Below, one piece after another: positions 29,301 to 40,506 of a stretch of 64,000 bases of DNA. This DNA comes from Balanoglossus misakiensis (taxonomy: Eukaryota > Animalia > Hemichordata), in the NCBI GenBank assembly GCA_040954595.2, contig CM082577.2, positions 7,589,846 through 7,653,845 of the forward strand, read 5' to 3'. Position 1 is the first letter of the stretch. Every line of letters begins with the position of its first letter. The position numbers and the translations under genes are program-made. The notes under the pieces were generated by a model. The model worked only from the letters and a program-made list of their open reading frames with translations. It did no database searches and was not told the origin of the DNA.

Positions 29301-32300
29301 GGTATTTTTTAATTTCATGAAAAGCTCAAGATTAAGAATGAACACAATGATATATTTTATCTGCATCAAGTTGCTATGCCAACATATAAATTAAAGTGTA
29401 AACCTTTCAAACAGATTTTATCTAATACCGTAGATACAAATTCAACGTATATTAGTCCGCCTGAGGCCTTTGACAAATTTAACGTTACAAGGCTCTGCGT
29501 ACTATTGAAGCGTGTACGTCAAACACAGACTGACGTTTCTGCTAACAATGATGTTTTCTGCGCACCCAGGCACCAGAAATATAAACGGAAAGTATGACAG
29601 GCAGATGTCTTCGGTTAAATTTGTTAAACCACTCTTGATGGATAATATATTCTGCCACAACAATGAGCGTACGTGACTGACTGCATATTAGCATATGCCC
29701 TACACAACGTGAGCCTTTTAGGGAAACAAACTAAACCACTGACTGGGATCGATGGACGGTACACAGAGCATCGTGGAATTTTTCCAACCCCTTCCAACAA
29801 ATTTGGTTCCAGGCGTCCACTGCCGAGCCACCGAGAGCGGCAATATGTAATTGCGTAACTTCAATGCACGGTGTGCTCAATCACTTCGATCAGAATGTAA
29901 TTGACAACGCTGCTGGCGTGAGGGGGAGACGATTACATCGCCTTATACATTGTATATCTGTATACATGTTACTTTGAATTATGAACCAAAAATTTGTCAG
30001 GGGCCTCTGATCGTCGCTATAACAACCGTGACAGAGACGCTGTGATACGTAATATTATAATGTCTGTGGGGAGAGTATATACTATGGTGGTTTATCAGTT
30101 TAAGTAGAGTGGATCAAAAAATTGCATTTGATACAAATGTCAAAAATGCTGAAAAAGATTGCAATGGAAAATTTCTGTGGAAACGAAAAGAATATAACAA
30201 TAATGCTTTCTCATGAGGATTATGTGATGATCATTTCGTGTAATGCACGATGCTAACCGGGGTGTGCATGTACGTTCATATTACCAGGGTTGTTCCGAAA
30301 ATGCCGTCAGTGACAAGGAGACCTACCCGACGTTTGCCCGAACGTATCCGACCGACGCCCTGTACGCCAACTCGATTCTGAGCGTCCTCTTGGAATTCGG
30401 GTGGAAATACGTCAGCATCCTCAACGGGCTGGACCCGGAGTGGAAGAGCACCAGCAACAGGCTGCTGGAGATCTTCGGCGACTACAACATCACCGTCCAG
30501 CACCACGTCGAGTTCGAGGCTCGTTACGACCACTCGATGAAGACCAGCGGGCAGGAGACCATCTTTGACGACATGATCGACAAGACATACGAAACAACAA
30601 GAAGTAAGTGACATAAGTGTATGTAGTATATGCGCGCTTACAAATTGGCCTCTCTTACAGTCGGCGTCAACATAAGCCATTTAGACACTAGGAACTCAAA
30701 TAGTTACCAACTGTAGCCTAAATCACATCAGACATGCTCAACTTATTTATACATGTCAATTTTAATTTCAGTCTATATACTGCTGTGCTACCGATATGCC
30801 AGACCGCTGTTCATGGGCAAAATGCAAGAAAGGGGACTTCTGCAGAATGGCGAATACATGGTGATATCCATCTTCGACAAAACTTACGAGAATAACCCTG
30901 CAATCTCTTATTTAAATTCAGAAGGTAAGACACGTGGCCCAATGATCCATCGGTTGCACCGTTAATTGAATTGGTATATGATCATGCCTGTTCTTTGTTG
31001 TTGTTGTTGTTGTTGTTGTTGTTTTATTTTATTTTTGTTCTACTCCAGTCTTAATCTGCTTTTCTGTTTTTTCCATGGAACAGACATTTGGAAAAACTAC
31101 CCTGAAATAAGTCGAATCGATTCATACCGAAGTTTGCTGCTCCTCGTGTCCCGACCCCCACCCGACCCGGTCAAGTGGGCAGAATTTGAGACAATGGCGA
31201 AATACTACAGGTCTTTTCCGCCGTTTAATATGTCGCCCACAAGCCGTGCGAAGGTGCGTACAAACTACGTTAGCTCTTTTATAAGATGCATGTGGTGGTG
31301 AGAAGACAAGCGCAGATAACGATATTGCAAAATGACGTACACGTTCTTATTACATGTATACTAGAGATTGTTTTGAGCGTTTAAACCCCTGTTCGGAATA
31401 AGCTGTGACGGAGAACACGAAAGAATGTGTGACTGACAGACTTGTTGCTGTAGACATATAATATGTACTGTTAAATAACGCAGACGACTGCACCGATAGA
31501 CAGAATAGGAAAAGGCAGCGCATTGCGAAGTTGTGTGTTCGTCTTTCCTGCATGAGAACTATTTTTTTCATTTGAAGTTGGGTCATTGTTAACAGGTTGA
31601 TATATCGGCGGCTTACCTGTATGACGCCGTGTATATCTACGCCAGAGCGCTACAAGAAGTCTTGGATGAAGGCGGCTCAGTCTCGGACGGAGAGGCTATT
31701 ATCGCGAAGACGTTCAAGAAAACCTACACAAGTAAGTGGGCGCCCTCGCTGATATTTTGCCTGTCGCATAACAGTCAGTCCGTGTCTAACCATGTGAAGG
31801 ATATTGCCTTTCAGTTGGGTTTCTAACAACTCAGTGACGGCTACATTAACGTGTATTACCGTAGGCAAACCCCTCTGGGTTCGTTCACACTTGGTACAAG
31901 TCTACCAGTGGGCCGGGGTGAACACGCAGCTCGCGTAGAAATCACCGACTTGATCGAAGTCCCAACTTGTATCTGCCTTAATTTCTGATTTATAGGTGCA
32001 ACAGGCATAGAACAGTACATGGACGAGAATGGAGACGTGGGGGCCAATCTCACAATCCTGGCTCTGCAACCGACCTACTACGCACCAGGCTATGATCTAT
32101 TTCCGGTGGCCAACTTCGACTTGAATCGAGTGACAAACGAGTTTGGCAACGTAACAGTAACTGAACTGGTACGTAGCACATTTTCTTGATGGTTCTGTGG
32201 TACAGACCATAGACATAGACACAGATATGCGTCCGCGTTGCGCATCAAGGTGTTAGTTCACGCCGTGGTTTGTACCACTGTTTGTGCTGTATGTATGTAC

Positions 32301-35300
32301 ATACGTCTGTTGAATGAAATGGTTTTGGGTACTGCGTAGCTTGTTTTGGGGGTATGTACATGTAAAGGTCATAATGTAACTGTGGGTTTATAAAAAAGAA
32401 ATGCCATTAGTACCACAGGCACAAAACAATACCCACCCAACCCCCACCCCGCACCGCCGGATATTTTGGCGAAAGTTGACCTAACTCTTTTTTCAATTTT
32501 GTCTTTAGGCTTATGTACCCGTACACAATATGACCATCGACTGGGTGAGTGGATTCCCACCAAAAGCCAGACCCGACTGTGGCTTCACGGGTGAACTTTG
32601 CCCACCGATCATCAACTACACGAAGGAGATCGTTGGTGGCGTCCTCGGATTCCTTCTCCTCCTTGCCATCATCATAGTCACGATTGCGTACAGGTACGTG
32701 CGATATGTGTGGTGTGGTGTGGTGTGGTGTGGTTTGGTTTGGTTTGGTGTCGTGTGGTGTCGTGTCCTGTGGTGTGGTGTGGTGTGGTATGGTGTGACGC
32801 GTCCGTGCGTACATGTGGCGTGTATGTGTTAATGCACTGATTCCTGCATGCACACTATATTGTTATACACCGAACAATAGTGGACAACACACAAGTCGTT
32901 TGCTGTTACGTGCTCATGTTATGCGCGGGCCTACGTACCTCTACGCATGATTGCGCCGTCTTGTACTATACTAACACCGACGTCACTCCTTCAGGAACTG
33001 GAAATACGAGCAGGAATTGGCCAGCCTTATCTGGAAGATTGACTACAAAGAAATCAATCTTCAGAGTAACCTCGACGCGTCGCAGTATAACATCGGAAGC
33101 AGGGTGAGTAGAAAGGATGACTTTCATCCACGGCTTTACATCCCAGTTAGTGCATTATACCATACGATGAAGCGGAATGAACCGTTCGATACTCTTTTAC
33201 GGCATCCCTTTATTGAATTTGGAAATGACGAGGAAAATTGGTATTGGCAGACAGACAGACAGACATGCACGCACGCACGCACGCACACGGGCAGGCATAT
33301 AACCTACATACCTGCCTGTCTGTATGTCTTTCGATCACTCCCCATCCTTTCCGCATGGATATAAGTTAGACTGGTTAACACAGAGATTCACATGTATTTA
33401 CGTGTCTGTTGTATTGGTGGAATTCACAGATGAGCATGAAGTCCATGGACTCGGCTGGCTCCGCCAAGATGCAAACGCAGATATTTACTACAGTGGGTAA
33501 ATATCGTGGACAGCTAGTCGCTATACAGAAGATCAACAAAAAGAGCGTGGACATAACTCGCCCAATCAGGAAAGAGTTCAAAATGGTAAGTGCGTGTGAT
33601 TTCTCTACTCGACAAGTACCACTCAGAAAGCATCATTATGCTATTTCGTGACTTCCGTTCGAACATGCGTGGCACAAGAGCGTACCTTGAACATTTATAC
33701 AGTACAGGCAAATACTGACGACTCGTTTGTTTGTTTCGTGTTTGTTTTTGCCTAAAATAGCTCAGAGACATGAGAAACGACAATATCAACCCATTTATCG
33801 GGGCATGCGTAGACCCTCCGAATATTTGCGCCGTCACAGAATACTGTTCTCGTGGCAGTCTTCAGGTAAGATATTCAGGATTTCAGACGATGCACAGTTT
33901 TTATTGTCATTCGCATTGCATTTCTTTAAAAGGTATATATATATTTTAATACGTCGCTATTTCGCAGGATATTCTGGAAAATGATGATATCAACCTTGAC
34001 AACATGTTCAAAGCCGCCCTCATCTCGGACATGATCAAGGTAAGCATGGCGATCGATGTGATTTTACATGTACCTATCTGAGATTCGGTTATTTCATCCG
34101 ACAATACAGTCGTCAGTCCAGCCATGGACGTTGGGTCTGTAGTCAATTGTTGACCAAACTTTATCGATACCTTGGCCATATTAATGTTTACTTCTGTTGA
34201 TGAGTTGACGGTGGAAGTAATACGTTAAATACTAACTTAGTAAGTAATGATCAAACATACATTGCTCATAGCGATGGTTACTATGATGATGGTCAGCAGT
34301 CGTGTCATACTGATCGTTAACTAAATTGCAATATATCGAAAAATGACTGCAAAACCTCTCGTTGCAATGATGGTTTCATCACATATATCGGTGTCGTTAC
34401 ATCTCTTGCCTTGTGATGTTTTGTTTCTCACGCCATTCTCAATTGTGCTTTTGAAGGGGATGATATATCTACACAACAGCACTGTCAAATCACACGGAAA
34501 CCTGAAATCGTCCAACTGCGTCGTCGACAGTCGATGGGTCTTGAAAATCACCGGATACGGTCTCCACGCTTTCAGGGAAGGCTCCAGAAAGACCATCGAG
34601 GACATTGGAGATCATGCGTTCTACCAAAGTAAGTACGAGTCTGTCCGGCGTTCGTATTTGTACGCATTCTCCGTACAGAGATTGCATGTCTGTCACTATG
34701 ATACTCTTGATTCGTTAACTTGCTAAACTCGCTACACCACGACTAAACGTCAGTCTAAATTGCGATGTACACAAGATATTTCTATAAGCTTCGCCTTAAC
34801 CCTGATTCATTGTTCTTGCAGATCAGTTATGGACCGCGCCTGAACTACTCAGAACCGACCTGCCAGTCCAGTGCGGTACACAAAAGGGCGATATGTATTC
34901 CTTTGCCATCATTCTGTATGAAGTCGCGTTGCGCCAAGGACCATTCGGCAATTCAGTCCACACGCCGGAGGGTAAGGCGTTCATTTTTATATGAACTTTT
35001 ACCATGAAATAGTAGAGATAGCAATGTACAAGTTCGAATTCATACCAAGGCGTTTTCACTTAATGTGTTTGTAAAAGTCAAATCAATTCTGCGAGCGCCA
35101 CTATGACCATGTCTGTAAGAAGATAATACCCGTCTGTAATATAGTTGTAGGGATTTTGATTATTGAAGGGGGGAGGGGCTGATCAAGGTTTTCATTTTTA
35201 ATGACGTTATCCGAGATTCATCTTCTTTCTCTCGTCATTCACAGAAATAGTCAATCGCGTCAAGACTCCGCGCGACCCCAAGCGCCCATACCGTCCGGTT

Positions 35301-37742
35301 GTTTCCACCCTCCTGGAGAACGATGTTCCCGACGCATTGATCAAAACAATGATGGCATGTTGGGCAGAAGACCCCGAGCTGAGGCTGGACTTTAAAGAAG
35401 CCCGCCTCAAACTGAAACCATTGCAGAAGGGACTGTAAGTATCCAAGTGTATACACCTCGGGTGGGCAGGCGCCCCCAGCCGACGAATTGTGGAATCATT
35501 GAACGGAAGGATTTTCCTCAGGTTGTTCAACATGAACGCACGAAAGATATGGTTTAATGTTTTCATCCCGTTTTTCAGGAAATCCAACATCTTCGATAAC
35601 ATGATCAAGATCATGGAAAAATATGCCAACAACTTGGAGTCGATCGTGGAAGACAGAACCAAATTACTGGTAGAGGAGAAGAAGAAGACAGATTTGCTGT
35701 TACACAGCATGTTACCCAAGTAAGTCAACAAAATGACGTCATCGTATTTAATTGTTTAACTCACTCACTCACTCACCCACCCACTCACTCACTTACTTTT
35801 AAGCTCACGTTCTTTTAAACTTACTTACTCAGATCGGTGGCCACCCAGTTGAAGAGAGGACAGAGAGTAGAGGCCGAGGAATTCGAGAGCGTTACGATCT
35901 ACTTCAGCGATATCGTCGGTTTCACAAAACTGTCTTCGGAAAGTACGCCCTGGCAGGTGAGTCGCCATCTGTAGTCTACCCACCATGCGTAGTGACGTCA
36001 TCGTATGCGCCCAGATTTCCTGACAATTAACACAAACAATTATACATTAATTATAATACAGCTGTACAGTTTCCCTTTTGTCATCGTTCTTGTTTTTATT
36101 CTACTTGCTGTAAGTTATATGAGCTTAGTTTTGATTCGGCCGACAGAGTGGTGCCGACTGCCTTGCAGTAAAGGGATAACAATTGTCAATATAACTATTC
36201 CGACAGGTGATTGATCTGCTGAATGACCTGTACACTGTCTTCGATGGAACTATCAAGAACTACGATGCCTACAAGGTGGAGACAATAGGCGATGCCTACA
36301 TGTTAGTGTCGGGGCTTCCAGTACGCAACGGAGACAAGCACGCCGGGGAGATAGCCTCGGCGTCTTTGCATATTCTGGACGAAATTAAGAGGTTTAAGGT
36401 CAGGCATAAACCAGACTACACCCTGCGTCTTCGTATCGGAATACACTCAGGTAAAGAGTTTAGGTCCGTCATCGAATGGTAAAATATGAATGTTCATGTA
36501 CCAACATTTCGCACGACCAATCTATTACACTGTCTAATGACGCTTATCTTTCCTTGACGCTTCACAGGCTCAGTATGTGCTGGTGTAGTTGGTTTAACAA
36601 TGCCAAGATACTGTCTGTTCGGCGATACGGTCAATACAGCTTCCAGGATGGAATCGAACGGGGAAGGTACGTATGTCAATTGATCAGTGCGTGGGAATAT
36701 GAGAAATGACGTCATGCCCTACAGCTGAAAATCATGACAGCATCAAACTTTATAGTGTACACTCACCATGTTAATCTTACTAACGCTATTGATGGTACGT
36801 CTTTAAAAAAGCCACGTATATAATTGTGAAACAGCTGATAACAAGAATTGCATTCATCTTTCAGCGCTGATGATTCACACCAGTCCATATTGCCGGGAGA
36901 TACTCGTGCGCCTCGGCGGGTACCAGCTGCGAGAGCGTGGTTTAGTCGCCATGAAGGGCAAGGGTGAGATTCTAACGTACTGGCTGGAAGGACAGGACCC
37001 GTCCTACAGAAGAGAGTCCCAGCTGGCGCCCGGCGAGTTGATCCTGGAGCCGATCAGAGAGGACGTCGACACGAAGGTGGAGGATCTCGAGTGTTCGGAT
37101 GAAGAGAAGGTCGATGAAAAGCCGAAAGAAGAGACGACAGAACCGGAGGCGGCGCCCGAGCCACAGGTTGAAGAGGGGCCTGCCGACGCGGTGATCACAG
37201 TGGACGAGGCGCGACAGGTCCCGGAGAAACCCGCAGCTTGGGCACCTGTTGCCAGCAGGACGCAGACGTTGCCGCCCATTGAGGAGCCCGTGATTGAAAG
37301 ACCGGACAGCGGTAGTGCGCCCTCGTCGACGGCGCCCCCAAACACACCTGTCGCGGCGGAAGGTCAACAGGTGAACGACGTCGACGAAACCGCATCGAAG
37401 TCGAAGAAAAAGAAGAAGAAGAAAAAGAAAAAGAAGAAGAAAGACGATAAAGATAAAGAAGAGGACGATGTTCTCGACATAGGTGGCGACGAAAGGCGCA
37501 TCAGTACTGACAGTAGATCCGCTCTCTTGTCCAACGCCGATGGCGCTACCACGGACAAAGCTCAGAGGTCATCGGCGGCAAGTGACCAAATTCCCATGAT
37601 CGACGTCATCGCGCCCGGAGCGACCATCTCGCACCCGGCAGAAATCAGCGGCGACACTGACAGAACGAAACAAAAGGACAGTCTGACAGATTCGGGATTT
37701 GGAAACTCCCGAGAAGGCTCCAACCACGAAGTGCCCGTGTGA
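14376..37742 (+). CDS. Receptor (membrane) guanylyl cyclase, NPR/speract-receptor/Gyc76C-like, 19 coding exons, ~1326 aa
   Basis: Exons: 14376-14783, 30288-30603, 30772-30924, 31084-31253, 31596-31731, 31996-32168, 32509-32693, 32995-33103, 33430-33585, 33761-33865, 33968-34039, 34457-34628, 34822-34971, 35245-35434, 35579-35719, 35833-35956, 36207-36450, 36568-36666, 36865-37742. All junctions are GT-AG and the total is 3981 nt in frame. Domains: signal peptide; ANF-receptor ligand-binding domain ([22 protein letters not shown]|[19 protein letters not shown]; AAYLYDAV); juxtamembrane [10 protein letters not shown]; TM helix; kinase-homology domain ([26 protein letters not shown]); hinge ([26 protein letters not shown]); cyclase domain ([45 protein letters not shown]) with the GTP-specifying Glu and Cys. 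Confidence 0.95.
25463..25526. repeat. (GGAT)n(GGAC)n compound microsatellite in guanylyl cyclase intron 1
   Basis: Directly visible, preceded by a G-rich run. Confidence 0.9.
29036..29183. mobile_element. Short non-autonomous DNA transposon (MITE) remnant, Tc1/mariner-pogo type
   Basis: The right end GAGGTGGTCGCTAACACAGGTTTGACTG|TA looks like a pogo/Tigger-style TIR (CAGTCAAACCTG...) followed by TA. A degenerate inverted counterpart AACCTGTCCATAGCGGCC lies near 29037, with an internal CAGGTGGCCTT sub-repeat. Confidence 0.55.
30994..31024. repeat. (TGT)n microsatellite in guanylyl cyclase intron 3
   Basis: Directly visible; it explains the poly-Cys in the ORF track. Confidence 0.9.
32706..32797. 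repeat. (GTGTG/GTTTG)n pentamer microsatellite in guanylyl cyclase intron 7
   Basis: Directly visible, just after the TM-exon donor. Confidence 0.9.
35759..35797. repeat. (ACTC)n microsatellite in guanylyl cyclase intron 15
   Basis: actcactcactcactcacccacccactcactcacttact. Confidence 0.8.
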
Positions 37743-40506
37743 TGAGATCTCCGTTGTTACTATGACAACCAGATGTACAGTATATCTCTCGTAATTAAGT
37801 CTTCCGTCGTTCGCAGTTTTTAAGTTTTGGACTCTAGCATAACCGTAGAATGTACACCAGTCAGTAGGAATACTAAAAGAGACGTCATATCACGACAGTC
37901 ATGTACTCGTATTCTTCAAGACCGTGTCCACAGAAATTTAAAGGGAGCAAAATAAACTTGTCTGTCTAACACGACCACACGTGGCATTTTCAGGTAAAAC
38001 CGTGTATGGTATTTCTGAGGTCACAGAACGTTACTTCCCTGGCCTCATTACATGTTTGTTTCCTAGCAACTATTCCCGGGCTCCCCACCACGCTGTTTGT
38101 GGCAGTATTGAAGGTGCATCATGGTATAAGTCTGTAATTACACTATTAAACAGCTGTAAATAATCATAGCCACGTTTACGAAGTGACCAAAAATCAAAGT
38201 CAATTTTTGTGCGGATTTTTTTTTTCACTTTTCCGTCCATCGCAACGGAGTACAAGCTGTTATTAAACGTTAAAAATAACCATAATTGAACACGCAAAAA
38301 TCAATATTCGAATATACATAAGCTTATAGGACATAAACAAACTATAATTCCAATTTTATTCGAGCTGTTTTACACAGATCACGTATAGTATATTTTAAGA
38401 ATTGTACAGAGTTGGGCGTTTGAAACATTTTGAGTAGTGTACATTGAGTTGTCAACGGTATTTTCATAATTGATGTCATTTTTAAAGCCATGTAAATATT
38501 AGTGTTTTCTTCGCTTCGCGGCTCGAAATAACCTTTGAACTCGCCCTCTAGATAGCCGGTTCGTATCGTATGGTATAGAATAAATTATATATTGACTATT
38601 TTTGTATCTCCGTGCAGTATTACAATGCATACCTTTCATTATCATGAACAAAACTGAAGTATTATCTCTCTATACTAAGTACCGACATGGACAAAGTCTA
38701 TGTTTAAAACACGCCTCACTGACAGCCACTATAGACGGGGATCTCAGAATATAGCCACACGGAGAATTTTGACGCGGGGGCCAACAGTTAACCATTAATG
38801 ACAATGTTATTCTAAGACATCGAGAAACCCCAAATTACTAGAATCAGCACTTCATATATCGCACCGAGTTCATGTTTTCCCTGGATTTAATCATGTTTTG
38901 AGCATTAAACATTTGAAATAAAGCGATAAAATATGTCTTTTACTGGGGTTGCTCGTATTATTTTCACCGAAAATGGCACAGGTGGACCGCGCCCGCACAC
39001 GACCGAATCTTCCAATCTATTAATGCGAATCCCTCAGCGGTCTCAGCATATAATCTTTCCATCTATCAAAACCTATTTCAAAGCAGGAAACAAATATATA
39101 ATAAATAAGTATTCAACTCGAAGCATGTACATGTAAATGCCATACAAATTAATTTAAAATTGAACAATTACGATATATTTACTGATTTCTTATATAGGTC
39201 TGGTTTAAATTTGCATGTGCGCCGTGGAGTCTTATTTATTATGTACTGTGATGTAAATGAAACGTTCATAATTGAATAGTGACGTGATTTTTTATAACTT
39301 TGTTTAATGCTGCGCTGGATTTCTTTGTTAATATTAAAGTGACATTTATATTTAATTATCGGTATATCAATATTATTGGCTGTATTTTAACATTTTGCTT
39401 ATATTTCATCAATAATCTCACCTAATTATCCTATTTCATTCATTCTTTCCTTGTGCTATCAATTAATCGGGACTGATGCTTAAATTCAAGGAGCTTATAA
39501 TATCCCCTTGATATTCAATGCTACTTTCTTGACAGTATCGTATTCCCTATTAATGGCAGCAAGAAATTATGTGTTTTGTACAATTTTTGCTGAACTTCTT
39601 TGTTTTCCACAAATTTCGATATGATCCACACGTACACACGTGTTAGAAACAACAACCTGGGTTTTGTATCTTACTTTTTTCTCTGATGAATAAAGCATCA
39701 AATTCCAACACACAGCAGTTGTTGAATTTTACTTCATTCACCTGTGTAATCATCGTCCGCTGGCGTAGCGCAGCCAGCGGTGGGAAAGGGACAGGGGAAG
39801 ACGCTGTGTAAACTAGTGTTTATTGCTATAGTATCAATCCTAGATTGCAACAATCGCAACCAACTGATAAATCAAGATACAGTTAAATAATTGCTGATAC
39901 ACATGTGTTGAAACACATACACTTAGTAATCGAGCCAGAATCCCATACAACTTCAGTGGTAATTTTTGAAGATAGAATGCAAAATGATTAAAATCTAGTC
40001 TCTCGCTGACAAAGCGTCAAACACACGCGTAAAGAATAAAAAATATTTATTGTCAATAATTTACATTTATAACTGTAACTTATTCATTTACAAAGTTCGT
40101 CTTATCATGTATCGAAATCCTGAAAAATATTCTCCAAGTTCCACGCAGCTTTGTTTAAATAAAAACGAAAGCAATGTGTTCTTAAGATGTAGAGGGCATG
40201 TGGAGTCACAAGTCAAGTGTACGGTACATGTACACCAAGCTCTGCTGTGTACTCTTGAAAACAAAATGTTTTTTTGAGTGTCTATGGCTTTGCAGAAATG
40301 TTTATCAGCAGGCACTTATGGTTCAAAGACACAAACATATTTTAGTTCAGTAGGGATACAATACAAAGGTTCTATATTAAAAATCTAAATTTTGATCACA
40401 GTTACGAATTATATCCTGTATTCCCTGTTGGGTTCTTTCTGATTGAAGATATCACCAAATTATATGATGCAATATGTCTTGTTGACATCAATCACTGCAG
40501 CCGTTT

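Noticed and set aside
30276-30680. Antisense or alternative-frame ORFs over coding exons (also 36972-37367, 50969-51307, 58207-58659)
   Set aside because: Shadows of GC3-rich real exons.
32407-32853. ORF with HTTP/HDTK repeats; likewise the HYTTL repeat ORF at 63627-63956
   Set aside because: Translations of pentanucleotide microsatellites.
37740-37745. TGA stop of the cyclase as a selenocysteine or readthrough codon
   Set aside because: It is followed immediately by a second TGA, has no readthrough context, and I saw no convincing SECIS.
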